NCBI GenBank assembly: GCA_023393455.1
Contig: JAEWLJ010000017.1
Span: 96,693 to 120,692 of the forward strand
DNA length: 24,000 bases
Direction: 5' to 3'
Source: Methanobacteriota archaeon
Lineage (GTDB): Archaea; Halobacteriota; Methanomicrobia; Methanomicrobiales; Methanoculleaceae
Shown here: positions 1 to 8,630 of the stretch, piece by piece
How the letters are laid out: each line of letters begins with the position of its first letter
Position numbering within the stretch: the first letter of the stretch is position 1
Notes under the pieces: generated by a model
The model's database searches: none
Told to the model about the DNA's origin: nothing
The model's input: the letters and a program-made list of their open reading frames with translations, nothing else
Position numbers and translations under genes: made by a program

Positions 1-40
1 TGGAGGAACCCGGCCGGCCCGGCCGGCGGCCCCGTCCCTC

Positions 41-910
41 TCACCCGTCGATCGGGCTTCCTTCCTTCTGGGTGACGGTCTTGAAGGCCGCCATCAGCTG
101 CCGGGTGACGGGACCGGGCTTGCCATTCCCGATGACTCTGCCGTCGATCTCGCGGATCGGGCCGACTTCCGCCGCGGTTCCCGTGACGAAGACCTCGTCG
201 GCGGTGTAGAGGTCGAAGTAGCCGAGGTTCCGCTCGAGGAGGGTGATGCCCATCGACTCCGCGATCTCGAGGACGACCGCCCGGGTGATGCCGCGCAGGT
301 TGTTTAAGGTCGGCGGGGTGATGATGGCGCCGTCCTTGACGACGAAGATGTTGTCCCCCGAGCCCTCCGCGATGTAGCCCTTGGTGTCGAAGAAGATCGC
401 CTCGTCGACGCCGCGGTAGTTCGCCTCGATCTTCGCGAGGATGTTGTTTAAATAGTTCAGGCTCTTGACGTTCGGTGGCATCGACTCCGGCGGGGTGCGG
501 CGGACCGAGACGCAGACCGCCCGGAGGCCCTTCTCGTAGAGGTCGCCGTACATCGCGCCCCAGGTGACGGCGATGACGATGACGGTCGGCTTTTCGCACT
601 TCCGGGGGTCGAGACCGAGGTCGCCCTTGCCCCTCGTCACGATCGGGCGGATGTAGGCGTCCCGCAGGTTGTTCTTCCGGAGCGTCTCCTTGATCGCCTC
701 GGCCATCTCCTCCCTCGTGATCGGGACGGCGAGGTCGATCGCCTTCGCCGAGTCGTAGAGCCGTGCGATGTGCTCGTCGAGACGGAAGACCCTGCCGTTG
801 TAGGCCCGTATCCCCTCGAAAACACCGTCGCCGTAGAGAAGCCCGTGGTCGAAGACCGAGACCTTCGCCTCCTCTTCGGGGACGTATTTGCCGTCAAGGT
901 AAATGATCAT
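41..910 (-). CDS. ilvE: Branched-chain amino acid aminotransferase (class IV)
   Basis: The 41..1654(-) ORF is trimmed to the ATG at 910 ([17 protein letters not shown]...). Class IV aminotransferase signature stretches are visible: [48 protein letters not shown]. The part of the ORF upstream of 910 is Arg/Pro-rich junk that overlaps cfbB. Confidence 0.9.
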   Translation of the reverse strand: MIIYLDGKYVPEEEAKVSVFDHGLLYGDGVFEGIRAYNGRVFRLDEHIARLYDSAKAIDLAVPITREEMAEAIKETLRKNNLRDAYIRPIVTRGKGDLGLDPRKCEKPTVIVIAVTWGAMYGDLYEKGLRAVCVSVRRTPPESMPPNVKSLNYLNNILAKIEANYRGVDEAIFFDTKGYIAEGSGDNIFVVKDGAIITPPTLNNLRGITRAVVLEIAESMGITLLERNLGYFDLYTADEVFVTGTAAEVGPIREIDGRVIGNGKPGPVTRQLMAAFKTVTQKEGSPIDG

Positions 911-1005
911 GGAATCAGTGTAGTATCGGTAAGTTAGTATGTTTTGTGCTTCGTGCTCCCGGCAGGAAGGCGGGAAGACCGGTGAAAATAGACCCCGGGG
1001 CCGCT

Positions 1006-2367
1006 TCAGCCCCGGCAGCAGTCCACGAAGTGCGCGAGCATCCCTCTGCTCGTCACCGGGTGGAGGTGCGTGTAACTCGCGATCGTCCGGTCGCGGACTG
1101 CACCGTCGAACCCGTCCCGGATCCCGCTCCCCCGGCTCAGCCGGTAGGCGTAGCGGGTCTCCGGCGCGAGGTCGACGCTGCTGTAATGAAACTCGTGCCC
1201 CTTGAACCCCGCCTCGCCCACGGGGCTCTCTGCCGCGCTCGTCCCGACGACGTAGCCGAGCATCCGGCGTGCGGGCATACGGGTCTCGCCGGCAAAGACT
1301 CCGGCGAGTTCGTAAACCTCCTCTCCCGCACCCGCGAAACCCGGGGCGAGCGCCATCCGGTCGGTGAGGTAGATGAGCCCCCCGCACTCCGCGTAGATCG
1401 GCGTGCCGTTCCGCGAGACCTCGCGGAATCCCTCCCGCATCGCGGTGTTCGCCTCGAGTTCCGCGCCGAAGAGTTCCGGGTAGCCGCCGCCGAGGATGTA
1501 GCCGTCGGCCTCCGGCAGCCGGTCGTGGACCGGGGAGAACGGGACGACCTTCGCGCCGCAGGACGCGAGGACGTCGAAGAGGTCCGCGTAGTAGAAGTTG
1601 AAGGCCTCGTCGAGCGCGACACCTACCCGGACGTCCAGATCGGGAGCCGCACATATGGTATCCTCCGCCGGCGGCTCCCCCTCCCGGGCGAGTGAGAGCA
1701 GCGCCTCCAGATCGACGTGTCCGGCGATCATCCGCTTCACGACCTCGATCCGGTCGAGGAACTCCCCGTGCCCCTGACCTTCCCGGTAGGGGACGAGGCC
1801 GAGGTGACGCATCGCAAGTTCCATCTCCTCCGTCCGGGGGATGACCCCCACGACCGGGATGCCGCAGTAGTGCTCGATCGCACGGACGGCCTTCTCCCGG
1901 TGGCGGGTCCCGGTGACGTTGTTCAATATCACCCCCCGGATATCGACGTCCGGGTCGAAGGCCTGGAATCCCTTCACGAGCGCCGCCGCGCTCCGGGTGA
2001 TGCTCCGGGCGTTGACGACGAGAATGACCGGCAGGTCGAGTTGTTTCGCGATCGCGGCCGTGCTCCCGAGGTCGGTGAGCGCCTCCGCACCCTCGAAGAG
2101 CCCCCGCACCCCCTCAACGACGGCGACATCCGCTCCCCGGCAGCCATGAGCATAGACCGCCCGGACCTCCTCCGGGCTCATCACGTAGCCGTCCAGGTTC
2201 CGGCAGGGCCGGCCCGTCACGCCCGTGAGGTAGGAGGGGTCGATGTAGTCCATCCCCACCTTGAAGGTCTGGACGGTCCGATCGGTCGAGAGGAGGGCCG
2301 AGAGCGCCAGGGTGACGCTCGTCTTCCCGCTCCCGGAGCGGTCGCCGGCGATGAGGAAGGACTTCAT
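1006..2367 (-). CDS. cfbB: Ni-sirohydrochlorin a,c-diamide synthase (CbiA/CobB-family amidotransferase)
   Basis: 453 aa. It has an N-terminal nucleotide loop [10 protein letters not shown] and a CobB/CbiA-like body. The C-terminal glutamine amidotransferase part carries the nucleophile motif [10 protein letters not shown]. The start overlaps the cfbD stop by ATGA, and the gene sits in an operon with CbiX-, NflD- and Mur-ligase-like genes. Confidence 0.85.
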   Translation of the reverse strand: MKSFLIAGDRSGSGKTSVTLALSALLSTDRTVQTFKVGMDYIDPSYLTGVTGRPCRNLDGYVMSPEEVRAVYAHGCRGADVAVVEGVRGLFEGAEALTDLGSTAAIAKQLDLPVILVVNARSITRSAAALVKGFQAFDPDVDIRGVILNNVTGTRHREKAVRAIEHYCGIPVVGVIPRTEEMELAMRHLGLVPYREGQGHGEFLDRIEVVKRMIAGHVDLEALLSLAREGEPPAEDTICAAPDLDVRVGVALDEAFNFYYADLFDVLASCGAKVVPFSPVHDRLPEADGYILGGGYPELFGAELEANTAMREGFREVSRNGTPIYAECGGLIYLTDRMALAPGFAGAGEEVYELAGVFAGETRMPARRMLGYVVGTSAAESPVGEAGFKGHEFHYSSVDLAPETRYAYRLSRGSGIRDGFDGAVRDRTIASYTHLHPVTSRGMLAHFVDCCRG

Positions 2368-3428
2368 CGCATGCTCCGCAGGACCGCCCCGAACTCGCTT
2401 GCGACGATATCCCGGACCCCGAGGGTCTTCGGGTGCAGGTCGATCTCGACCATGACGTGCCGGTGCCCTATCTCCCGGAGCGGCGCAACCTGCCGGGGCC
2501 CGTTCGTGACCGAGAAGACCTCGATGCCTTCGGTGTACTCCGGCGGGACGGCGTGCGGAACCCCGACGATGAGGACGAAGTCGGGGTTGATCTCCCGGAG
2601 CCGCTCCCCGATCGCGGGACCGTTCGCCCCGTACTCATCGAGCGCCCCGAGGAGTTCGGGGTCGACCGCGTGCTCCCGCATCCCCGCGAGGATCCGGTCG
2701 GCGTCCGCCCGGACCTTCGGGAGGCCCCGGTCTTCGAGGTTTGCGATGTAAGTGATGGCGGTATCCGGGCAGGCGTCATGGAGGCCGATCAGTTCGTCGG
2801 CGAACATATACGCGGTCTCCTTCTTCGCGTTCATGACCGCGACTCCCGTAGCACCCGAGTCGGCGAGTTCGACGAGGCGCTCTGCCGCGACGTGCTTGAG
2901 GTCGCCGCGGGAGGGCTCGATGTAGGCCCGGGAGGCCGCTCCCCGGAGCCTCTCCACCTCGTTTGCCTTCGCTAAAAGGTAGCGCTGCCGCTCCAGTTCG
3001 TCGGCGCTGATCCAGCCCGCGGCAGCGGCGGGCTCGAGCGTCGCGAGTACCCCGTCGATGTTCTCCCGGAACCCGGCATGGATATCCACGGCGATCGCCG
3101 GCGTCTCGACCTCCGCATCGTGGATCGCGGACTGAAGGTCTTCCCCGATGATCATCGAGACGCACGTCCCGACGACCGCTATCCGCCGGGGTGCAAACTC
3201 CTTCTCCGCGTGGCGGAGCACCCGCATCAGGGGGTCGTGCCCGCCGAATATGAACTCGTTGTCGGCAAGCGATGTCGTCAGCACTCGCATGCCGTCCTCT
3301 TCTAGGAGACGGGCGTGCTTGAACGAGCAGCCCGACGGGCCGTGGAGGATCGCCACGTCCACCCCCAGGTCGCGGGCGGTATACAGCGCCGCGACGATAG
3401 AACTCGGTCTTGGTTGAATGTAGTCCAT
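2364..3428 (-). CDS. cfbD: Ni-sirohydrochlorin a,c-diamide reductive cyclase, nitrogenase NifD/K-like component (NflD, methanogenesis marker 13)
   Basis: Nitrogenase component-1-like sequence is visible: ILHGPSGCSF, VVGTCVSMIIGEDL. I prefer the ATG at 3428, preceded by GGAGAT 7 nt upstream, over the GTG at 3440 used by the ORF track. The gene lies 2 nt after the cfbE stop. Confidence 0.8.
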   Translation of the reverse strand: MDYIQPRPSSIVAALYTARDLGVDVAILHGPSGCSFKHARLLEEDGMRVLTTSLADNEFIFGGHDPLMRVLRHAEKEFAPRRIAVVGTCVSMIIGEDLQSAIHDAEVETPAIAVDIHAGFRENIDGVLATLEPAAAAGWISADELERQRYLLAKANEVERLRGAASRAYIEPSRGDLKHVAAERLVELADSGATGVAVMNAKKETAYMFADELIGLHDACPDTAITYIANLEDRGLPKVRADADRILAGMREHAVDPELLGALDEYGANGPAIGERLREINPDFVLIVGVPHAVPPEYTEGIEVFSVTNGPRQVAPLREIGHRHVMVEIDLHPKTLGVRDIVASEFGAVLRSMR

Positions 3429-3430
3429 AG

Positions 3431-4585
3431 TTATCTCCACATCTTTACCGCGAGGACGATCGCGCCCGCCGGGGTGATCCTCCGGGCGGCGTCGAGCCCC
3501 GCCTCAAGCGTCGCCGCGGGATACCCCTCCCCGACGTAGACCGTCGCGGTCGGCCTGACGGTCGATACCGTCCGCAGGATCTCGTTCCTGGAGAACCCCT
3601 CGCAGACCGCCCTCGCCTCTTCGCCGATGACGAGGGTCAGCGGTGCGTCGCCTGAGAGTTCCCTCGCGTAGCGGGCGGCTTCAACGGTGGTCATCATGTT
3701 CGTCCCGCTGTTTGCGTTGTCGACGATCAGGATCCCCCCCTCCCGTCGCGCTGCCATCCGGCCGGGCAGGGCGGCAAACCCCCCAAGAGGGGATGGGTCG
3801 ATCCCGAGGATGCAGGCGGTCGCGGCCGCGAGCGCGAGCGGTGTCCGATAGCCCGGAAGGGTGCAGAGCGGGTTCTCAAACGACCCGGCGATCCCGTTCC
3901 CCGAGTAGCGACAGGCTGTCCCCTCGAAGGATACCATACTGTCGGCCGCGAACGCTCCGGGGAGGTTGATCTCCGGCGGGAGCACGACCGTCCGCGCCCG
4001 GGAGAGCAGCCGGCACTTCTCCACGATCGCGCTCTTCTTCCCCGCCGCGACCGGATAATCCTCCGGTGAGGTCAGCACCGCCACGTCTCCGGCGGCGGTG
4101 ACCCCGAGCGACTCCTCGGCGACCAGCCAGCCCCCGATCCGCTCCGCCTCGCGAACCGCCGGGATCAGGGAGGCGGGCGTGATGCTCCTCCTCCAGAGCC
4201 GCTCCCGTTCGGGGTAGCGGCAGGTCCCGGTCGAGGTGTGCAGGATGCCCGGGCCCGGCAGCAACGCCGCGATGGCGTGGGCGGTCGTGGTCTTCCCTCG
4301 TGCCCCGGTGATCTCGATGAACGGGTGAGGGAGCCGGTTGCCGAGAACCTGCTGCACCATCTCGTGGTGCGAGACTGCGGGGCCGTGGCGCCGCAGAAGC
4401 GGGTGATCGGGATCGAGGTGGACCGGTGCGGTGACGAGATCGTAGGTCCGGCCGAGCGCCTCCTCGACAGAGATGCCGGCCTGCCCCCGGTAGACGTCCA
4501 CCTCGTCTGCCTCGTGGCCGGCATCCCGGAGTGCTCCGGCGAGGTCCGCCCCGCCGTGGATGGTATCCAGCACCAGGATTCGCAT
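3431..4585 (-). CDS. cfbE: Coenzyme F430 synthetase (Mur-ligase-like)
   Basis: 384 aa with the Mur ligase central-domain P-loop ITGARGKTTTAHAIAALL. It lies between cfbA (5-nt gap) and cfbD, which is the diagnostic operon context. Confidence 0.8.
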   Translation of the reverse strand: MRILVLDTIHGGADLAGALRDAGHEADEVDVYRGQAGISVEEALGRTYDLVTAPVHLDPDHPLLRRHGPAVSHHEMVQQVLGNRLPHPFIEITGARGKTTTAHAIAALLPGPGILHTSTGTCRYPERERLWRRSITPASLIPAVREAERIGGWLVAEESLGVTAAGDVAVLTSPEDYPVAAGKKSAIVEKCRLLSRARTVVLPPEINLPGAFAADSMVSFEGTACRYSGNGIAGSFENPLCTLPGYRTPLALAAATACILGIDPSPLGGFAALPGRMAARREGGILIVDNANSGTNMMTTVEAARYARELSGDAPLTLVIGEEARAVCEGFSRNEILRTVSTVRPTATVYVGEGYPAATLEAGLDAARRITPAGAIVLAVKMWR

Positions 4586-4590
4586 ATTGT

Positions 4591-4998
4591 TCAGGGTTTC
4601 AGTTCGGCGATCGCGTCGGACGCGTTCTTCAGCATCAGTTCGGCGAGGAGCGGGTCGCTGCCGATCGGGTTTGCGTAGACAAGGGGCACCGTCTTCCCGT
4701 TCATCTGGAACTCGCCCTTCCGCTCTCCTTTCAGGAGGCCGATAATCTCGGGGATGTCCTGTTCGATGTGGACGCCTCGTGCGAGGAAGAGCGGGACGAC
4801 GACGAGCATATCGATATCCTCGCTCCGGAACGCCTCGAGCTGTTCCCCCACCGTCGGAGTGTTGAGGCTCATGAAACCGGGTTTGATGATGTAATCGTCC
4901 GACCTCTCGGCGATGAACTTCGCGGTGGTCTCGATGAGTTCCTTATTGTAGGGGAGCTTGCTCCCGTGGCCGACCAGTAACATACCTTTCATAGCCAT
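4591..4998 (-). CDS. cfbA: Sirohydrochlorin nickelochelatase/cobaltochelatase, small CbiX type
   Basis: 135 aa. Short CbiX hallmarks are present: LLVGHGSKLPYNKE and VVPLFLARGVHIEQDIPE. It is the first gene of the cfb operon. Confidence 0.85.
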   Translation of the reverse strand: MAMKGMLLVGHGSKLPYNKELIETTAKFIAERSDDYIIKPGFMSLNTPTVGEQLEAFRSEDIDMLVVVPLFLARGVHIEQDIPEIIGLLKGERKGEFQMNGKTVPLVYANPIGSDPLLAELMLKNASDAIAELKP

Positions 4999-5021
4999 AT
5001 GTTACAAGGTAATACGATATG

Positions 5022-5033
5022 ATATTAAAATAA
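5022..5033 (-). promoter_or_regulatory. Archaeal TATA box for the cfbAEDB operon
   Basis: The minus strand reads TTATTTTAATAT, centred about 30 nt upstream of the cfbA ATG (4998). It sits in the only AT-rich patch of the region (4999-5045). Confidence 0.55.
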
Positions 5034-5444
5034 TTACCGATTGGGTCTAAGGGCTCCGGCTCAAGATCCATCTGGTGGCTGAATTCGAACGGGGGATCGC
5101 CCACTACATCAGCCAGGTACTCACCCACCGACGGATCCACGGGTCCGCCTGGCGGCTCAAGCTGAGCAGGTTTAATACCCCGTGCATCGATGCCTTCCAT
5201 TGAGTACACACCGACAGGGACACCGTCCACCCGATCGATGCCATCTCCGCATTCATCCGGAAGACCGGCCGCTGGAATCTCCCTGTCGTAAAGTTCCAGT
5301 TTGATGCGGGGCTACCAGGGGAGTGCCCGGGCCAGGTAAGAAACGGTCTCCGGCCCTGCTGTGCATCTGAGCCATCCGGCGTGGAGTACGACCTGCCGGG
5401 ACCCGACACAAATATCCTCTCTCACCGCCAACTGATGGAGAAGT

Positions 5445-6584
5445 ATGATGGAAGCATATGATCGTTTTGAGCTCCTCATAAACGATCGGATCGTGAAAAC
5501 ACCGGTAGCGATCGCATCCATGGCCGGGATCGTGGATGCGGCGTACGTCCTCGAGCGGGCGGATCACGTCGGGGCGGCTTTCATCGGTGGCTACTCCATC
5601 GACGCCCCCACCATCGAGGCAAGCCGGCGGATGGCCGGGGAGGGTCGCAAAGAGTTTTTGTACGACGACCCACTCGAAGCGCTCGGCCGCGAGATCGACG
5701 CCCTGAAAGGGAGCGACGTCGTCGCAGGCATCAACCTCCGCGGGAGCACGCCCGCCTCCTATGCCGGGGTCGCCCGGGCGTTCGAGGACGCGGTGGTCTA
5801 CGAGATCGACGCCCACTGCAGGCAGCCGGCGATGCTTGAGGCCGGGTGCGGCGAGTATCTTCTCCAGCACCCGGGGCGACTCGCCGAGATCATCCGGGCG
5901 CTGAAGGCCGAAGACGTGACCGTCTCGGTGAAGATCCGGGCGGGTGTCGCCGCCGATGACGCCGCTCTCGCCCGCACCGTCTGGAAGGCGGGGGCGGATA
6001 TCCTTCACGTCGACCTGATGGACTTCGGGCACAACAAAGTCCGCCAGATCAGGAACGCCTCCCCCCTGACGCTGATCGCGAACAACTCCATCACCACCTT
6101 CGACAAAGCGATGGACGCCTTCTCCCACGGGGCCGACCTCATCTCGCTCGCCCGGAAGTCCGACCCCTGGACGCTTGCCGGCCTCGATGCCGCCATCACC
6201 CGGTCGGCCGAGGAGGGGGGCTGGTACAACGCCCCGAAACAACTCTGCCGCGGCGGCGATATCAGGGCGCTCGCCTTCTGCTGCATGCCGGTGAAGGCCT
6301 GTCCGCTCCTCCCGGCCCTCGAGAGGGTCGGGCTCTCCCGGGACAACTACCTGAAGTTCAAGCAGGAGGCGGCGAAGGGGACCCCGCTCGAAGACGGGAA
6401 GAGCACCTGTTTTGGGAGCCTCGCCTGGTGCTGCAAGATCAGTTCTCCCTGCATGTTCCGCAACATGACGCTTGAGAAGAAGGGTCTCTCTGCACGGGAG
6501 TACATGCGGTGCAAGCACCACCTCGCAGAAAAGATCATGCACAGGATATTCGATGAAGAAGAGTCCGTCGATGAATCGAGCTGA
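5445..6584 (+). CDS. DUS/DHODH-like TIM-barrel (putative flavin) protein with Cys-rich C-terminal extension
   Basis: 379 aa. Dihydrouridine-synthase-like motifs appear in order: VAIASMAGIVDAAY, YEIDAHCRQP, VSVKIRAGV. A ~130-aa tail carries 9 Cys (QLCRGG, FCCMPVKAC, STCFGSLAWCCKISSPC, RCKHH). GGAG lies 6-9 nt upstream of the ATG. Confidence 0.75.
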   Translation: MMEAYDRFELLINDRIVKTPVAIASMAGIVDAAYVLERADHVGAAFIGGYSIDAPTIEASRRMAGEGRKEFLYDDPLEALGREIDALKGSDVVAGINLRGSTPASYAGVARAFEDAVVYEIDAHCRQPAMLEAGCGEYLLQHPGRLAEIIRALKAEDVTVSVKIRAGVAADDAALARTVWKAGADILHVDLMDFGHNKVRQIRNASPLTLIANNSITTFDKAMDAFSHGADLISLARKSDPWTLAGLDAAITRSAEEGGWYNAPKQLCRGGDIRALAFCCMPVKACPLLPALERVGLSRDNYLKFKQEAAKGTPLEDGKSTCFGSLAWCCKISSPCMFRNMTLEKKGLSAREYMRCKHHLAEKIMHRIFDEEESVDESS

Positions 6585-7377
6585 ACGTGCGCAGATGGCG
6601 ATGATGCTCGAGGTCTCCGCCTACCCAAAACCCGGGAACGTAGACCGGTGCCACGACTATCCGGATACCCGTCTCGAGCACTTCCTCGCGTCGACGATCC
6701 TCGCTCGCCCGGTCTTTGACAAAGCCGAGAAGACCGGCGGCAGGGTAGGGAGCCTCATCAGGGAGGCAGTCAGCGTGACGAACGGGCATTCCGGGGGGAA
6801 TACCCATTTCGGGGCGTTCATCCTCCTCATCCCCCTCGTCGTCGGGGGCGAGATCGAGGGGGCGCGGCGGATCGTCGCTGCAACCGACGTCGAGGACGCG
6901 GTCGAGTTCTACGCGGCGTTCGGCCTCACGAGCGTCCGGATGGCGGAGAGCGACGATCTGGACGTGAACGACCCTGCCTCGGTCGCCGCCATCCAGGAGC
7001 GCGGGATGACCCTGGCCGACGTCATGGCCTACTCGGCGCCCCGGGACATGGTCGCCCGCGAGTGGACGAACGGATTTCGCCTGACCCGGCGGTGCGCCGA
7101 CCTGCTCCACGCGCACGGGTGCGGCAGGGAGTCGATCGTCGCGGCGTTCCTCGATCTCCTGGCCACAGAGCCGGACACCTTCATCGCGAAGAAGCACGGA
7201 GAGGCCGTGGCGGAGAAGACGATGCGGGCCGCGGAGGAGGTGCTCGACGGGAGGCGGGATCTCGCCGCATTCGATGCGGAGTGTGTCGCCGCCGGGATCA
7301 ACCCGGGATCGATAGCCGACATAACCATCGCCGGGATATACGTGGCGCTCGGGGAGGGGTGGCAGTGGGACTGCTGA
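6553..7377 (+). CDS. Triphosphoribosyl-dephospho-CoA synthase (CitG/MdcB)-like protein
   Basis: CitG-family N-terminus AQMAMMLEVSAYPKPGNVDR, plus GGNTHFGAFILL. The start is either ATG 6553 or ATG 6571, and both overlap the end of the upstream gene (6584). Confidence 0.8.
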   Translation: MKKSPSMNRAERAQMAMMLEVSAYPKPGNVDRCHDYPDTRLEHFLASTILARPVFDKAEKTGGRVGSLIREAVSVTNGHSGGNTHFGAFILLIPLVVGGEIEGARRIVAATDVEDAVEFYAAFGLTSVRMAESDDLDVNDPASVAAIQERGMTLADVMAYSAPRDMVAREWTNGFRLTRRCADLLHAHGCGRESIVAAFLDLLATEPDTFIAKKHGEAVAEKTMRAAEEVLDGRRDLAAFDAECVAAGINPGSIADITIAGIYVALGEGWQWDC

Positions 7378-7934
7378 CCGAAGGGATCAACGAGGTGATC
7401 GCGACCACCGACCACAACGCCGCTCCGATGGGGATCATCAACCGAAACGGCTCGCTCCATATGGTCCTCTTCCGGGGCAGTCACACCGCCCGGAACATCG
7501 CCCGCGACCGGTGGGTGGTGGCGAACTTCGTCTTCGACCCGGTGATCTACGTCAGAACCGCGTTCGAGGACCTCCCGCTGGATGCATTCGTCTCCGAGGA
7601 GATCGACGGGATGACCGTCTCCCGCCTCCGTGACGTGGAGGCATGGGCTGCGTTTGCCGCCGACGTGGAGCGGTCGAGCGGCGAGGCGTTTGTCGTGCGG
7701 CTCAGCCCCTTGAAAGAGGAGGTGCTCGGTCTCCGGCTGCGCCCGGTGAACCGGGGGTTTGCAAGCATCGTGGACGCGACAGTCCATGCCACCCGTTACG
7801 TCGAGAACCGCGATCCATGGCTCGGGCAGCTTATCGAGCACCACAGCGCCCTTGTCCGGAAGTGCGGCGGCGCCCGGGAGTGGGAGGCGCTCGAACTCCT
7901 CGAAGGATATATCGCCGATCCGACACGCGAGTGA
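7365..7934 (+). CDS. DUF447-family protein (FMN-binding split-barrel-like)
   Basis: DUF447-like N-terminus (V)GLLTEGINEVIATTDHNAAPMGII. The in-frame GTG at 7365 overlaps the CitG-like stop (7375-7377). An alternative ATG lies about 60 nt downstream. Confidence 0.7.
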   Translation: MGLLTEGINEVIATTDHNAAPMGIINRNGSLHMVLFRGSHTARNIARDRWVVANFVFDPVIYVRTAFEDLPLDAFVSEEIDGMTVSRLRDVEAWAAFAADVERSSGEAFVVRLSPLKEEVLGLRLRPVNRGFASIVDATVHATRYVENRDPWLGQLIEHHSALVRKCGGAREWEALELLEGYIADPTRE

Positions 7935-7988
7935 GAGGCGACCCTCTTCCCGGAGGTGCGTATCCTCACCGGGTTCAATATTTCACGA

Positions 7989-8010
7989 CATATAATAATA
8001 TCTATATATG
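7989..8010 (+). promoter_or_regulatory. TATA-box region for FAS1 gene 1
   Basis: CATATAATAATATCTATATATG lies 40-60 nt upstream of ATG 8050. GGGAGG (8035-8040) serves as the ribosome-binding site. Confidence 0.5.
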
Positions 8011-8049
8011 AGAGCCGACCACGAACCGCCCGCAGGGAGGTACCTGGTA

Positions 8050-8496
8050 ATGGCGAAGATCTTTGATACGTTACAGAATGATAGCAGGTTCGGCCGGCTG
8101 GTCGAGATCATCCAGACCCTCGGTGAGGAGAAGACGCTGCAGGGCGAAGGGCCGATGACGTTTTTTGCCCCGGTCGACTCGGCGTGGGACGCAATCCCCG
8201 AACCGAACCAGTCGATGATCATGAACGACAAACAGATGCTCTCGCACCTGATCGACTTCTTCACGATCGGCAATCACAAGTGCACGCTTGAGGCGCTCCT
8301 GAAAAAGAACGTCGTGCAGACTGTCGAAGGAAACAACATCATGGTCAGGAAGACCGACCGGGGTACGCAGGTGGACACGGCCGTCGTGATCGAGGGAGAC
8401 ATCGAGGTGGAGAACGGGATCATCCATGTCCTGGACGGTGTTCCCTTTGCGACGCTTGCGCAGGCCGAACAGGCCTACCTGTCGACGAACGTTTGA
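8050..8496 (+). CDS. Fasciclin (FAS1) single-domain protein, no signal peptide (paralog 1)
   Basis: The start is set at MAKIFDTLQNDSRF, the ATG at 8050 with GGGAGG 9 nt upstream. FAS1 motifs are present: TFFAPVDSAW, NGIIHVLDGV. The FAS1 fold begins at residue ~3. Confidence 0.85.
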   Translation: MAKIFDTLQNDSRFGRLVEIIQTLGEEKTLQGEGPMTFFAPVDSAWDAIPEPNQSMIMNDKQMLSHLIDFFTIGNHKCTLEALLKKNVVQTVEGNNIMVRKTDRGTQVDTAVVIEGDIEVENGIIHVLDGVPFATLAQAEQAYLSTNV

Positions 8497-8497
8497 A

Positions 8498-8538
8498 CCC
8501 GGGCCGGAGAGCATCGTCCGGCCGGGAACCTATTTTTT
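8498..8538 (+). terminator. Hairpin plus T6 run after FAS1 gene 1
   Basis: CCCGGGCCGGA-GAGCATCG-TCCGGCCGGG forms a ~10-bp stem with one bulge. It is followed by TATTTTTTCT, with the T6 run at 8533-8538. Confidence 0.55.
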
Positions 8539-8593
8539 CTTCCCGCCAGGATACAGCGCTCCTCTCACCGGGCCGGCATCACCATGCCAGTAA

Positions 8594-8603
8594 TTTTATA
8601 TAT
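8594..8603 (+). promoter_or_regulatory. TATA box for FAS1 gene 2
   Basis: TTTTATATAT is centred about 33 nt upstream of ATG 8631. Confidence 0.55.
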
Positions 8604-8630
8604 CCAGTAAAATGATCCCGGGGGTTACCC

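Noticed and set aside
911-1654. The N-terminal extension that makes the ilvE ORF 537 aa.
   Set aside because: The extension is Arg/Pro-rich and overlaps cfbB on the same strand in another frame. Aminotransferase homology begins exactly at the ATG at 910.
946-2751. Long plus-strand ORFs (946..1695, 1717..2751, also 2433..2975) opposite cfbB and cfbD.
   Set aside because: They are Arg/Pro/Gly/Asp-rich translations with no recognisable motifs. They lie antisense to genes with clear family signatures, which is a typical stop-codon-poor artefact of high GC.
3429-3440. The GTG start at 3440 for cfbD, as in the ORF track (MEITMDY...).
   Set aside because: The ATG at 3428 has a GGAG-type ribosome-binding site at the right distance and avoids a 10-nt overlap with cfbE. 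The difference is only 4 codons.
4943-5230. A 95-aa minus-strand ORF (MDGVPVGVYSMEGIDARG...).
   Set aside because: It must read through the cfbA TATA box and 55 nt into cfbA to reach its stop. Its sequence is acidic and Pro-rich with no recognisable fold.
5046-5400. I tested the orphan region for SRP RNA, RNase P RNA, a tRNA or a cfbC remnant.
   Set aside because: There is no GGAAGCAGC-type helix-8 motif, no GAGGAAAGUCC, no T-loop or cloverleaf, and no GKGGIGKS-encoding frame. It is kept as an unexplained region in the findings, not as an RNA gene.
5253-6542. A 429-aa minus-strand ORF opposite the DUS-like gene, and similar ORFs at 6535..7197(-), 7029..7844(-), 10990..11928(+), 14915..16069(+), 19125..20351(+) and 22933..23826(-).
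   Set aside because: All are antisense to well-supported genes. Their composition is low-complexity and R/P/G/D-rich, and none has a conserved motif.
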